A stretch of DNA of 64,000 nt from Octopus sinensis. Lineage: Eukaryota. Below the pieces are notes generated by a model, which searched no databases, had not been told where the DNA came from, and saw only the letters and a program-made list of their open reading frames with translations. The stretch covers positions 5,642,001 to 5,706,000 of the forward strand of contig NC_043020.1 of the NCBI RefSeq assembly GCF_006345805.1, given 5' to 3'. A program made the position numbers and the translations under genes. Shown piece after piece: positions 1 through 13,755 of the stretch; position 1 is the stretch's first letter; each line of letters starts with the position of its first letter.

Positions 1-735
1 TGTGGAAATTAGCTGCCCAGCTGATGTTAACATAAAGCTGAAGATCAGTGACAAAGAGAATGCCTACGCTGAACTATTGAGAAATCTGCAGTTACTGTAT
101 CTAGATTACAAGTTCAGGTTTATACCTGTAATTATTGGGGGCATTGGGATTTGTAACATACTGCCTAAATACCAATCTTGAGAAATTAGGCTTCTCAAAA
201 CCAGAAAGGAGAAAGCTACTTCGAAGATTACAGATCCAATCCATCACTGGAACTATGAAAATCTTTAAAACTTTCCAGAATTTTATCCTTTAAGTATATA
301 TAAGCATGTTTAGATATGTAACTATATGCATGAGAATACATACATAAAACATACAAATCTGCACATACATACATACATACATACATACATACATACATAC
401 ATACATACATACATACATACATACATACATACATACATACATACGTACGTACGTACATACATACATACATACATACATACATAATACATACATACATACA
501 TACATACATACATACATACATACATACATACATACATACATACATACATACATACGTACGTACTTATGTACGTACATACATACATACATACATACATACA
601 TACATACATACATACATACATACATACATACATACAATGTTGTTGATGTTGAAATTCCAATATAGAAGCCTTGGATCCAGATTAGAAGCTGGTTTTTTCT
701 CTATTGGCAAGAAATCTTGAAATAAACTGAATAAT
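1..735 (+). mobile_element. 3' end of an RLE-type (R4/Dong-like) non-LTR retrotransposon with an internal (TACA)n tract in its 3' UTR
   Basis: Frame from nt 2 reads VEISCPADVNIKLKISDKENAYAELLRNLQLLYLDYKFRFIPVIIG, then after a frameshift ALG...LQIQSITGTMKIFKTF. This resembles the C-terminus of a restriction-like endonuclease domain. The element ends in aaataaactgaataat. The same 3' end recurs at ~7046-7405 and ~5485-5585. Confidence 0.7.
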
Positions 736-799
736 ATACGCAGACGCACGCGCGTGTACACAGATATACATATATAATATAATAAAATTTAAAACCGTT

Positions 800-1165
800 A
801 TCATTATTTTTATTCTTATTCTTTTCAACACAGGTTTTGTTGAAATTCTGGAGTGTTGAATGCGCCGCGGAAATGCTACCTGCAGCCTACGGTACCATGT
901 TGTCCTTTTGAACTATCTAATACTTTCCTGGTGATTCTGGCCGTGCCAAAGAAGCAAACTGTTTTGTTGCAGTTCTACTAGGCACAATATTCTGATTTCC
1001 TTGATATTCCTCTTGATGCCTTCTGGTACTTTCCCCGCCAAGTATCCAACAATATTCAGCAGTCTCTCCACATTCTTTATCATCCAAAGTTGAATTATGT
1101 CATGTACACGTCTATTTTTCCGTCTTCCTCCTTGACTATTCCTTTGGTCAAAGGGACACGCATCA
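800..1165 (-). mobile_element. Degenerate 3' fragment of a second R4/Dong-like element
   Basis: The minus strand gives the remnant ...GTARITRKVLDS, similar to the LxGTAxIxRKVL C-terminal motif, and ends in aataagaataaaaataat. It is partly duplicated at ~5645-5865. Confidence 0.45.
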
Positions 1166-1904
1166 TCAGTTCTTATTGTCGTTGTTGTTGTTGTTATTGT
1201 TCTTGTTGTTGTTTTTGGTGGTGGTGGTGGTTGTAGTGGCGACTGTGGTGCTGGTAGTCATGTTGTTGTTGTTGTTGTTAAGCAACAAGACGGGTAAGGG
1301 TGTTTAGGTGATGGTCTAGGGCTTAGGGGGTGGGAGACCCCAGACCTTGGAAAAAGAAAAAAACTTTGGTCGTCTTGTTGTAGTCGAGGGCTCTTCGTTG
1401 ACGCCCGACACCACTGGGAGGTGTCCCTCGAAGTCGCTGGAAATGGAGATCTCCAGGTCCAAATTCTTGAACAGCTGTTGTTGTTGTTGTTTGTTGTTGT
1501 TGTTGGTGGTGGTGGTGGTGGTGGTGGTCTATTGATTTAGCCTGTTGCACTCCGGAATTCATGAGAACAACAACACCTCTTGATTTTTTTATCGAAACAA
1601 CCTTCGGTTAAAGCAGATTAGCAAGGAGAACTCCTATTTTTAGCTTAGCCTAATTTAAGTAACGAAGAGCATAAATACAAAAAAGCCAAATCGCTTTCTT
1701 TCTCTTTGGATCGATTCGTCTCTGGCCAAAGAGCAAATCTCTCAATATGCTGATCAAATCGGGAAAGTAGATTTATCACCCTCTCTACTTACCTAGACTT
1801 TCTTAATCTGTCTTTCTCTAGCAGCCATACACATGAAACTATTTTCTACGTTGCAACGAATAACAATAACAATTTTCTTTCTTCATTTTTTTCTTTATAG
1901 TTTA

Positions 1905-2322
1905 CCTTTTATCTGTTTCAGCCATCAGACTGCGGCCATGCTGGAGCACCGTTTTGAAACATTTTAGTCGAACGAATCTAGCCCAGTGCAATTTTTTTAA
2001 AAAGCCTGGTACTTATTCTGTCGGTTTCTTTTGCTGCATCGCAAAGTTACGGGAATGGAAACACACCAGCACCGGTTGCAAAGATGCAAGGAGGACAAAC
2101 ACAGACACAAAGTCACACACACAAACACACACACACACACACACATGTATTTATACGATGGGCCTCTTTGAGCTTCCATCAACCAAGTCCACTCGCAAGG
2201 TTTTGATCAGCCCGAAGCTATAGTAAAAAACCACTTGGCCATTGTTCCACACGGTGGGACTGAACCCGGAACTAAGTGATTGCGAAGCAAATTTCTTACC
2301 ATATAGCCACACCGGTGCCAAC
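1905..2322 (-). mobile_element. Degenerate CORE-like tRNA-derived SINE
   Basis: Similar to the copies at 7610-7995 and 8860-9266 (gggttcagtcccac head, gctccagcatggccgcagtc tail). Confidence 0.65.
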
Positions 2323-2572
2323 CATCTTAATACGCAATTAATATTGTTCTTCACTCATTCATGCACCCGATCCATCTTAACGTTAAAATTCGTCGTTATA
2401 ATTAGTAACCGCCTGTCATATCTTCGCTATCATTTGTGACTTCATCCTTATAACTGATAACAAGACTAAATGAACAGCTGCCTTCTACCCTCGACTACAA
2501 GAATTCCATGTCTTCTGAACCAATTACCTTCAAAATCGTTACATTCTACTTAACAGAATTACTGCCTTCATA

Positions 2573-2785
2573 AGGCGACGAGCTGGCCGAAACGTTAACA
2601 CGCCGGGCGAAATGCTTAGCGGTCTTTCGTCTGTCTTTACTTTCTGAGATCAAATTCAGCCGAGGTCGACTTTGTCCTTCATCCTTTCAGGGTCGATAAA
2701 TTAAGTACCAGTTGCATACTGGAAAATATCTAATCGACTGCTCCCCTCCCCAAAAATTTCGGGCCTTGTGCCTAGAGTACAAAAT
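2573..2785 (+). mobile_element. tRNA-derived SINE, family M, tail type A
   Basis: Head ggcgacgagctggccgaaacgttaacacgccgggcgaaatgc, B-box-like gagatcaaattc, core ctttcatcctttcagggtcgataaattaagtaccag and tail ccccaaaaatttcgggccttgtgcc. Confidence 0.75.
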
Positions 2786-3223
2786 GAATTACTGCCTTCT
2801 TAACAAGCTGCCAAATTTTGCAAGACCAAATGACGCCAAGCCAAAGTTTGTATTGAATACATTAGCAAAATATCTCCAGAACATTCCCAGAGAATCCGAA
2901 GTTTTTAAACAGTTAAATCGGGCTTTTGGAAACCAATAAGCATACTTTTCTCTTGAAATGCTCACACCTTATCAAAACTTACGGTCCGTAAACCAGTAAG
3001 TAAGCAACGAAATACATTCTCGTATCGAAATTCTGTAGTCCCATTTTCAACACGCCATCTACCTACAAAGAAAAGCAATGCAGCCGACTACGATGCACTT
3101 CGCTGAATAACCAGCCAACCACGTAATTAATGGCTGCCCACATCAATTGGCACATATCACAAATATCTAGAAAATGAAACTCGTAAATTTTGAAAAAACA
3201 AAATTGTGTTATGCATCAGCATG

Positions 3224-3444
3224 TACGAGGGTGTACTGACAGGTTCCTCGTTTTAAGGGTCTCGCGAAAAGCCTGGCTGGAGCCCCAGCCTTCCAAGTTC
3301 TTTTACAAGGCTCAGAAAAACTTAAGTACTGCTGCAATAAGTGTGTGAATCTGAGAGGGGAATATGTTGAATAAAATCATAATTAACTGATTCTCCTGTA
3401 TTTTCTTTTACCCAAAACCAGGAACTTTTCTGCACCCCATCGTA
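3224..3444 (+). mobile_element. Mariner-derived MITE
   Basis: TA-flanked imperfect TIRs (tacgagggtgtactga ... tctgcaccccatcgta). The interior encodes the mariner transposase C-terminal remnant KCVNLRGEYVE*. Confidence 0.75.
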
Positions 3445-4229
3445 TGTGTGTAATCTCAATAATATTGTTGTTTTTTTTCTTTCTTTTTTCAAATCAAATT
3501 TCGATATAATCGTAATCTACAACATCTGAAAGGTATTTGTAGAAAATTTCATTTAAAAAAATACCCATTTTTCTAAAAGTATGACCCGAACGCTTGTGTT
3601 ACGTTACAGAACTTCTGGAAAACACTGATACATAATGCCTTTAAAAAAGATCATTATTTTTCTTATTTTTTATTTTTTATTTACAGAATCATGATCATGG
3701 CTCTATTTTGCAACCGAAAATTGTCTGTTAGAGGTCGTCTCTGTCTCATTGTTTCTCACTACCCATCTTTTTTGAGGGACGAAGGGGTATGCGCTTGTTC
3801 ATTATCTTCTTTCTACAGAAAACTGATGGGATCCTTATTATTAGCGGTTTAGACAAAATGCCAAGCGGTTATCCTAGAATAAAAAGCGTTGCTAGGTTAC
3901 GGAAATAAGTGGACGAAGGACGAAATATCCTTGTGTGTGTGTGTGTGTGTGTGTCAGTGTAAGAAGTATGAAACACTGTCTGTGATGGCTGTGGTCGGGC
4001 TTAACAAAACCCATCAAAGCTAATTAAACACCATAAATCTTATTAAATTTCAAAGAACATTGTATAGATTGTTTCCGAACTTTATTTAGAAAAGATTAAG
4101 CAGGTATTTCAAAGAAATTTCTCTCGAATTATTGGACTCAGGTGTTTCGGAACTAATTGATTGCATGATTCCAGAGTAAGAATGGACAAATTAGGTATTT
4201 TGCAACACACCCACGCACGCAATCATACA

Positions 4230-4312
<83 letters not shown>

Positions 4313-4458
4313 CCCCCCCCCACACACACAAACAAAACACGCGCACATAACCATGTTTGAATATATAAGTGTATGTATCTAGGTGTAGACGTACATATTC
4401 TCTCTCTCTCTCTCCCTCACCCCGTCTCGCGAAATACACACACACACACATGCACACA

Positions 4459-4523
<65 letters not shown>

Positions 4524-4553
4524 GAGAGTGTCTTTCTACTGATATGCACAAAT

Positions 4554-5332
4554 ATGGAAAGCACCACTTCATACATGCTCCACTATCGCTGGTCGTTCAA
4601 CCCAATGTACCATATCAATCAAACATTTGAGATAATAATTTTGTTTCCCATAGTTTTCTTCAACCTCCTCATAAGTTATTTGTATTTTCAATTACCCAGC
4701 ATTATGAAATTATACCAATATGTTTGCAGCGAGCCTTGCCTCAGGCGACATTGGATACGGAATCTCAGCCTTGATACCAACAATCATAGCAAAATTCTCT
4801 AATAGTGCCTCGAGATCTCTTTGTATTTTAACATTTTCATCAAACTTCCTTTCGGCCTGCTTGTCTCTCAGCAATCTAACGTTGCTCTCCATTGAACGGT
4901 ACATTGCAGTAGTTATGTCTTTTAAATATAACATTTACGTAACAAAGCAGACGACCAGCGCCGCCATTTTGCTTTCTTGGTTGGGAAATATATTGGTTAC
5001 GGTCGTCATATCGCTTTACAGTGGACGGGAGAATGTGACGATTTGTTCATTTGAAAACATTTACCCAAAATGGATCAACTCGTTCATTTTTATTACCGGC
5101 TTTCTGTATATTATCATAACTTTTATGTAAAGGTGATGTGGATAGCAAGGAAACAGTTGCGAGCGATTGGCCCCAATACAAAAACAGACAATTCAGAAGC
5201 AGACGAGATAAACAAGGCAAAGATGATGATGCTAATTTTCGGCTTTTTTATATGTTGCTATTTTCCTATCGTGACTTTAAAAGTCATAGAATATGTCCAA
5301 ATCTAACGAGAAGTATAACGTCCTCAAATGTC
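4554..5332 (+). pseudogene. Disrupted paralogue of the class A GPCR at 10027-10947
   Basis: Collinear with 10027-10812 (ASLASGDI, LSIERYIAV, KMMMLIFG, ICCYFP). It is split over several frames, has a deletion near TM5, and is cut off before TM7 by a (TACA)/(CA) tract. Confidence 0.85.
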
Positions 5333-5401
<69 letters not shown>

Positions 5402-5413
5402 ACACACACACAC

Positions 5414-5471
<58 letters not shown>

Positions 5472-7013
5472 AAGAACAATACCCTGTTGTTGATGTTGAA
5501 ATTCCAATATAGGAGTCTTGAATCTAGGTTAGAAACTTGTTCTTACTCTATTGGCAAGAAATCTTGAAATAAACTGAATAATAATACACACGGACGCACG
5601 CGCGTGTACACAGACATACATATATAATATAATAAAAATTGAAACCGTTATCATTATTTTTATTCTTATTCTTTTTAACAAAGGTTTTGTTGAAATTCTG
5701 GAGTGTTGAATGCGTCGCGGGAATGCTACCTGTACCCCACGATACCATGTTGTCTTTTTCAACTATCTAATACTTTCCTGGTGATTCTGACCGTGCCAAA
5801 GAAGCAAAATTTTATAACAGTTCTATTAAGCACAATATTCCGATTTCCTTGAAATTCCTCTTGATGCGTACTGGGGCCAATCTAATCGACAGGCTCCCTC
5901 CCCAAAAATTTCGGGCCTTGTACCTTGAGTACAAAATGAATTACAGACTTCTTAACAAACTGACAAATTTTGCAAGACCAAATGACGCCAGGCCAAAGTT
6001 TGTATTGAATACATTAGCAAAATATCTCCAGAACATTCCCAGAGAATCCGAAGTTTTTAAGCAGTTAAATTGGGCTTTTGGAAACCAATAAGCATACTTC
6101 TCTCTTGAAATGCTCACACCTTACCAAAACTTACTGTCCGTAAACCAGTAAGTAAGCAACGAAATACATTCTCGTATCGAAATTCTGCAGTCTCATTTTC
6201 AACAGGTAACAAACACGCCATCTACCTACAAAGAAAAGCAATGCAGCCGACTGCGATGCACTTCACTGAATAACCAACCAACCACGTAATTAATGGCTGC
6301 CCACACAGTTACACGGATAAAACAATGGAAGCCTGTAACCGCAACAGTTTCGACAGTTATTCACATAAGAACTACATAGACGAAACTATGGAAGCCTGCA
6401 AGCACAACATTTTCGACAGTCACACTTTTTGTTGGCGTCCCGAATTATAAAGAAACCCTGCATTCTTCCACAATTCTTATGGACAATTTGCGCATATAAA
6501 CTTTCATAGACTCCCGTGAACCTAATATAAGCTGCACCTATTATTCCCTTGCATTTCAAAACCAGATGTTTAGCAAAGGACACGTCTACCAAGTTTGTCA
6601 ATTTTCTTTATTTTTCTTTGTTTTTCTTTCTGTTTTTTTTTTTAACATTATTTCGTACACTTAACTATGCTTTCTGCTCTGCAAAACTTTTATTTCTTCA
6701 TATGTTAGCATGTTCATAAACACGCGAAGTTTAATTCCGCGAAAACGCATTCTGGGAAGACTCCTAATTTATGCGCTTCCATATTTTAGATAATGTATTT
6801 TTCTCATTTTTTCCGCATTCATTCGTATTATTCAGTTCTCGGTCCGTGTTTTTCGCAACATATTTTCTTGCAGATGTTTGCAATTCTTCGCCGACCGATT
6901 CACTTATAATGTGCTACTCTATATATTTTTCTTAAAATAATAATCAACGTCCATACATACACACACACATACATACATACATACATACATACATACATAC
7001 ATACATACATACA

Positions 7014-7045
<32 letters not shown>

Positions 7046-7047
<2 letters not shown>

Positions 7048-7405
7048 AGTTTCTCAAACCCAGAAAGGAGAAAGCTAATTCGAAGACTACAGATCCAATC
7101 AATCACTGGAACTGTAAAAATCTGTAAAACTTTCCAGAAATTTATCATTTAAACATATATATAAGCATGTCTAGATACGTAATTATATGCATGAGAATAC
7201 ATACATAAAACATACAAATCTGCACATACATACATACATACATACATACATACATACATACATACATACATACATACATACATACATACATACAAACAAA
7301 AATATTCTGTTGTTGATGTTGAAATTCCAATGAAGGAGCCTAGAATCTTGGTTAGAAACCGATTCTTTCTCTATTGGCAAGGAATCTTGAAATAAACTGA
7401 ATAAT
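7046..7405 (+). mobile_element. 5'-truncated copy of the R4/Dong-like 3' end
   Basis: Closely similar to 190-735, including the internal (TACA)n tract and the aaataaactgaataat terminus. Confidence 0.7.
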
Positions 7406-7485
7406 GACACACACACATACATACATACATACTTATAAACAGATACATACATACATACATACATACATACATACACATACATACA

Positions 7486-7516
<31 letters not shown>

Positions 7517-7609
7517 GTGTATACATTGAGGATACAATCATTTTATCAGTGGCCAGCGTATAATAACCGCCATGTCGGTAAAATTAATTTTTAAGTGTAT
7601 AAGTGGTTT

Positions 7610-7819
7610 ACTCTTTTACTCTTTTTACTTGTTTCAGTCATTTGACTGCGGCCATGCTGGAGCACCGCCTTTAGTCGAGCAAATCGACCCCAGGACTTAT
7701 TCTTTGTAAGCCTAATACTTATTCTATCGGTCTCTTTTGCCGAACCGCTAAGTTACGGGGACATGAACACACCAGCATCGGTTGTCAAGCGATGTTGGGA
7801 AGACAAACACAGACACGAA

Positions 7820-7869
<50 letters not shown>

Positions 7870-7995
7870 GACGGGCTTCTTTCAGTTTCCGTCAACCGAA
7901 TCCACTCACAAGGCTTTGGTCGGCCCGAGGCTATAGTAGAAGACACTTGCCCAAGGTACCACACAGTGGGACTGAACCCGGAACCATGTGGTTTG
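7610..7995 (-). mobile_element. CORE-like tRNA-derived SINE
   Basis: Minus strand has ggttccgggttcagtcccac, the CORE-like ccttgggcaagtgtctt, an internal (TA)(TG) tract and a 3' (gtaaaaga)n tail. Multi-copy in this window. Confidence 0.85.
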
Positions 7996-8286
7996 TAGAT
8001 ATTTGACATCTACTTCCAGCGTATCGGCGTTGTCTCCCCAGTACCCTCAATTACAAACATATATTTATAATTACAAATTTAAAAATGCATTCATAAATAC
8101 ATTTTTACATCAAGCTATGCACGTGCACCTTAATACTAGTGTTTTCATTGAATTCTTTTCCAAGTCTCTGCCTACTCAGTTCTTTTTCCGATTCAACGCT
8201 CGCAGAATTATAGAACACTGATCATGGCTCTCTGCGCTCTGGCTTCCAGACACAACTTGCCTCTCTAAGACCTCCCAGGATCACCA

Positions 8287-8324
<38 letters not shown>

Positions 8325-8859
8325 AGAAAGTTTTCCCAACTCAACACTCCAGCATGTCACTCACACTTTGCCATCTTGCTTACCCACAGCAAATGTACAT
8401 GATCACAATGTCGGACATTCAAGGCCTTTGCCCTTTTCTTTTAGGACACTTACCACAGCAGCACGCTTCTGCCAGAAATTTCCCAATTATACCATGGATT
8501 GAGAATGCACTATCTCGTCTCAGCTTCTTTCACTGAAAGTCCGCAGTTGAATGTCCTTGGTTTCACATCCACCTGTAACTGCACACTTTGCAATCGAAAT
8601 TTTGAGCATTCTTCAATTTTTGCATGGTGCACTTTCCTGCAATTTGTCTTGTTATCGCTCGATCGTCTTCGACAAATTATCTGAAGGAAAACTGATGTAG
8701 CAAACAGCTACCAAATACCTAAGTCAAGATTCGAAAGCGAGACCACATAAGTTGCCCAAAAACATATCGAATCTGTACGTAATCAACAACCATCTCCTTT
8801 TCGAAACGAAGGCAACCACGTGGAACCGACACACTGGGCTCCCGCGAATACTCTTTTAC

Positions 8860-9266
8860 TCTTTTACTCTTTTACTCTTTTACTTGTTTCAGTCATTTGA
8901 CTGCGGCCATGCTGGAGCACCGCCTTTAGTCGAGCAAATCGACCCCGGGACTTATTCTTTGTAAGCCCAGTACTTATTCTATCGGTATCTTTTGCCGAAC
9001 CGCTAAATGACAGGGACGTAAACACACCAGCATCGGTTGTCAAGCAATGCTAAGAGGACAAACACAGACACACAAACATATACACACACACATACATATA
9101 TATATATATACATATATACGACAGGCTTCTTTCAGTTTCCGTCTACCAAATCCACTCACAAGGCATTGGTCGGCTCGGGGCTTTAGCAGAAGACACTTGC
9201 CCAAGATGCCACGCAGTGGGACTGAACCCGGAACCATGTGGTTGGTTAGCAAGCTACTTACCACAC
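8860..9266 (-). mobile_element. CORE-like tRNA-derived SINE
   Basis: Same family as 7610-7995, with a (gagtaaaa)n tail. Confidence 0.85.
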
Positions 9267-9709
9267 AAATGTCTACAAAATTTCTAAAGTATGCTGTTGC
9301 CTTATTGTTAACTCAGTTTAATTAGTTTTAACAATCACTGTCTTGGTTTCAGTTCCTTGTGATTGAATTTCAAAAAAGGAAACGAAAAGAAACCAGGCGT
9401 ATGTGTGAGCGAGAGAGTATATGTGTGTGCGTGCGTTTGTATGTTAGTGTGTGTGTGTCAGTTTAAGAAATATGAAACGCTGTCTGTGATGGCTGCGGTC
9501 GGGCTTAACAAAACCCATCAAAAACTAATTAAACACAATAAATCTTATTAAATTTCAAAGAACATTATATAGATTGTTCGCGAACTTTATTTCGAAACGA
9601 TTAAGCAGGTATTTCAATGAAATTTCTCTCGAATTATTGGACTCAGGTGTTTCAGGCCTAATTGATTGCTTCATTCTGGAGTAAGAATGGACAAATTAGA
9701 TATTTTGCA

Positions 9710-9780
<71 letters not shown>

Positions 9781-9921
9781 ATCATGTCTGAACATGTAAA
9801 TCTATGTATCTACGCGTACACGTACAAGTTCTCTCTCTCTCTACCCGTTTTTCGATATATATATATATATATATACGTACATGCATACATACATACATAC
9901 ATACATACATACATACATACA

Positions 9922-9957
<36 letters not shown>

Positions 9958-10026
9958 TGTATATATATACACGCACATAGACACATATATATAAAGGAGA
10001 GAGTCTTTCTACTGATATGCACAAAT

Positions 10027-10947
10027 ATGGAAAACGCCACTGTATACTCGCTCGACTTTCGCTGTTCGTTCCATCCAATGCATTATATCTGTTTAACATT
10101 TGAAATAATATCTTTGTTTCCCATAGTTTTCTTCAACCTCCTCACAGTTATTTGTATTTTCAAGTACCCCACATTACGAAATTACACCAATATGATTGTA
10201 GCGAGCCTTGCCTCAGGCGACATTGCATACGGAATCTCAGCCTTGATACCAACAATCATAGCAAAATTCTCTAATAGTGCCTCAAGATCGGTTTGTATTT
10301 TAACATTTTCATCAAACTTCCTTTCGGCCTGCTTGTCTCTCAGCAATCTAACGTTGCTCTCCATTGAACGGTACATTGCAGTAGTTATGCCATTTAAATA
10401 TAGCATTTACGTAACAAAGCAGACGACCGGCGCCACCATTTTGCTTGCTTGGGTGGGAAATATATTGCTTACGGCCATCATATCGCTTTACAGCGGACGG
10501 GAGAATGTGACGATTTGTTCGTTTGACAGAATTTACCCAAAATGGATCAACTCGTTCATTTTTATTACCGGTTTTCTGCACATTGCTACAACTGTTTTCT
10601 TTTATGTAAAGGTGATGTGGATAGCAAGGAAACAGTTGCGAACGATTGGCCCCAGTACAAAAACAGACACTTCAGAAGCAGACGAGATAAACAAGGCAAA
10701 GATGATGATGCTAATTTTCGGCCTTTTTATATGTTGCTATTTTCCTGTTGTGGCTTCAAAAGTCATAGAATATATGACCAAATCAAACGAGAGATTTAAA
10801 GTCCTCAGATGTCTCTCAACTTTCTTCATCAAGATCAACTATTTCATAAATTTTTTCGTCTATAATGTCTGCAGTAAACAGTTCCGAAAGGCCACCAAAC
10901 ATTTCTTGTGTTGCAACAAGCTAAGCCTTTCCTCCAATCAACATTGA
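10027..10947 (+). CDS. Single-exon rhodopsin-like (class A) GPCR, 306 aa, orphan or possibly chemosensory
   Basis: Starts MENATVY (N-glycosylation sequon) and has seven hydrophobic segments. Motifs: TM2 SLASGD, TM3 LSIERYIAV (ERY), TM6 FICCYFP, TM7 INFFVY (NPxxY variant), helix 8 SKQFRKA and a CC motif. The ORF-track extension from 9784 is microsatellite. Confidence 0.9.
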   Translation: MENATVYSLDFRCSFHPMHYICLTFEIISLFPIVFFNLLTVICIFKYPTLRNYTNMIVASLASGDIAYGISALIPTIIAKFSNSASRSVCILTFSSNFLSACLSLSNLTLLSIERYIAVVMPFKYSIYVTKQTTGATILLAWVGNILLTAIISLYSGRENVTICSFDRIYPKWINSFIFITGFLHIATTVFFYVKVMWIARKQLRTIGPSTKTDTSEADEINKAKMMMLIFGLFICCYFPVVASKVIEYMTKSNERFKVLRCLSTFFIKINYFINFFVYNVCSKQFRKATKHFLCCNKLSLSSNQH

Positions 10948-11871
10948 TGTCTTTTGGTTTTTGTACTGAAATCAAACAACTGGATGACTCGGATTACAAA
11001 CATGGACATACAAGGTTCTTCACGTGCAAGACGGAGAGGTTTTTAAACTACAAGAAACTGTTTACACGGAAATTAAAACATGAAAATATTGGAATCGCCT
11101 CAAAGAATCCTAAATTTATTTTAACTGGCAACTCTTTTATGATTTTTCCTAAGATCGTGTACCATTTCGCTATAATTTATTGACAAATCACTCGCTACCC
11201 TGATTTTAATAATACGTTAATTGTCGCAAAAAAATGTTTTAAAGATTTTATTTGAAAACGTATGAAAATTTAACTTTGAAATTATGGAAGACATTTTTGT
11301 ATTGAGTGTTTCTTTATCTTGCAAAACACCAGAATTTCTCGCGATATCCACATCGAGGAACTCTACCCAGCTTCATCTTACACAAAGCTACATAACATTT
11401 ATGTTACAGTTCACTTTACTGAACTGAAATACTTTTTGGTTCATACGCCACTACACTTCTCTCCCTGATTCTACATCACTCGACACTGCGCAAAAGCGTA
11501 CCTAACCAAAACGCATCCCGTTCATTTAGTACTTGCGGATGCGCGTGGCTTAGTGATTCGGGGTGTTGTACTCGTAAGCTTAAGATTGTGATTTCGATTC
11601 CACCGCTTGGCGATATGTCGCGTTTTTTAACAAAACACTTCATTTCTCGTGGCTCCAGTCCACTCACCTGGCAATAATGAGTAATTCCACGGCGAATGAT
11701 CATCCCATCCGTTGGGAGAACAGATACAGCACAGAATCCAGGAAACTAGCCTTATCAGTCTATATCTCGGGAAGGACATTTCACCCAACTTTTGTTTACA
11801 CCAAATTACATTGGCCTACACTAGACTACACCCCCTACTCAAAACTGTGCTGTACACCTATGTATCTAAAC

Positions 11872-12090
11872 CAGTGGTTTTCAACCAGGGTTCCGCGGAA
11901 CCTTAGGGTTCCGCCAGTACAGTGCAGGGGTTCCGCAAGAAGTTACAAAACTGCTAAAATAGGCTGTAATTTTTAATTCTCCTGTGCAGATATGTGTGCA
12001 TAAGACTATTAAATTATTGCACAGGGGTTCCTCGAGCCAGTGGAATGTTTCCTTGGGGTTCCGCTCCAGTAAAACGGTTGAAAAGCACTG
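11872..12090. mobile_element. hAT-type MITE
   Basis: TIRs cagtggttttcaacc / ggttgaaaagcactg with an 8-bp TSD atctaaac/atccaaac. A second copy lies at 47093-47614. Confidence 0.85.
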
Positions 12091-12375
12091 ATCCAAACTT
12101 CTACACAACTTGAAAAAACATCTCGGCAAACTCGTGAACTCCACACTATCCAATTCTGTTCCCCTTCTCCTCGACATATAGATCTTTAACGACTGGTCAA
12201 AAGAAAGGTTAGATCGTGTCCTTGTTTATATATATATCTATAGATATATATATATATGTATCCTTCGTAAAAGCCGCACTGCTCGTGAAACAAACGAAAA
12301 GAAAACTAAGGCAGACAAGCAATGAACCCAAAAACGTATTCATTTAACTTCAGTGTGTACATATATAAATGTACA

Positions 12376-12597
12376 CATACATACATACATACATACATAC
12401 ATACATACATACATACATACATACATACATACATACATACATACATCCGTACATACATACATACATACATGCATACATACAAACATACATACATACAAAC
12501 ATACATACATACATACATACATACATACAAACATACATACATGCATACACACATACATACATACAAACATACATACATACAAACATACATACATACA

Positions 12598-12630
<33 letters not shown>

Positions 12631-12850
12631 CCGTACATACATACATACATGCATACATACAAACATACATACATACATACATACATGCATACATACAAAC
12701 ATACATACATACATACATACACACACACATACATACATACATACATACATACAGCCATGCATACATACATACATGCATACATACATACATACATACATAC
12801 ATACATACATACATACATACATACATACATACATACATACATACATACAT
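12376..12850. repeat. Long imperfect (TACA)n microsatellite
   Basis: Read directly from the sequence. Similar tracts lie at 364-636, 5333-5470, 6952-7040, 7405-7515 and 9878-9950. Confidence 0.95.
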
Positions 12851-12934
12851 TAAAAAATACAGGAGAACAAAACTGAAAACACCTACAAACGTATTGTGAC
12901 CGATGGGTCAAAATAATACGGGTGGAACTTAAAA

Positions 12935-13006
12935 TTAAAACAGCCACCAAGTTAAAACACAACTGGCCAGACATTGTTGTGTGGGACCACAAAGAGAAGA
13001 AATGTA
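12935..13006 (+). mobile_element. RLE-domain fragment of an R4/Dong-like element
   Basis: Reads KTATKLKHNWPDIVVWDHKEKKC, matching the HNRPDIVVxD motif of restriction-like endonucleases. Confidence 0.6.
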
Positions 13007-13311
13007 ACCTGTTTTTTATTATTATTATTGTTAACAGAGGATAGTTTTACAACCGTTAAAACTCTGCTAATTCTCATTAATTTCTTTGCTTTCAACTTTT
13101 TTTTTCTGATGAAGGACTCTATCCGAAACGTTGACTTTTCCATTCACCCACGGCAAGTTCACCGGACTTTTTCTCTTTTTTTTTTATTAAATAATACAAG
13201 TCTTGCGAGTTAACTCCATTCTTTCTCTTCGTCCATAAGATAAAGTCCTCAATGTCTCTAATACATACACACACAGAGATATATATACATATATATATAC
13301 ATATATATACA

Positions 13312-13394
<83 letters not shown>

Positions 13395-13483
13395 GGAAAG
13401 TTTACGAAAATAAACAAAAGACGAAGGCAGGTGGTGTACAAACAAACAGATGAATTAGTATAGCGCTCAGGAATAGAAAAAGT

Positions 13484-13520
13484 CTTTTACGTTTCGAGCC
13501 TACGCTCTTCGACAGAAAGA
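13484..13520 (-). ncRNA. Minimal hammerhead-ribozyme-like motif in a Penelope-type repeat (~13391-13580)
   Basis: Minus strand: cttt-CTGTCGA-a-gagc gtag gctc-GAAA-cgta-aaag. There is one deviation from the CUGANGA core. Confidence 0.55.
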
Positions 13521-13755
13521 TACACAGAAAAATAACAAGGAGAGTAACAAGGATAGAAAAATGTGTGTAGTAGCTAACGATATATATATATATATATATA
13601 TACAGAATTACCTCGGTTTTCGAACAACTCTGATCACGAATAAATCGAGCTTTATATATATCTAAATCGTACTTTATCTCCTGTCTTTCTCATATTCATT
13701 TAATGCAGTAGTACCTCGGTTTACGAATGCCTCTGGTCGCGAATAAATCGTGGTT

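Noticed and set aside
228-660. ORFs such as MYVCMYVC..., HTHTHT..., YIYIYI... here and at 12306-12992, 55745-56018 and 57566-58780
   Set aside because: They are translations of (TACA)n, (CA)n and (TA)n microsatellites, with no coding evidence.
9784-10026. 81-aa N-terminal extension of the GPCR ORF
   Set aside because: It runs through CT/TA/TACA repeats. The paralogue aligns from the ATG equivalent to 10027.
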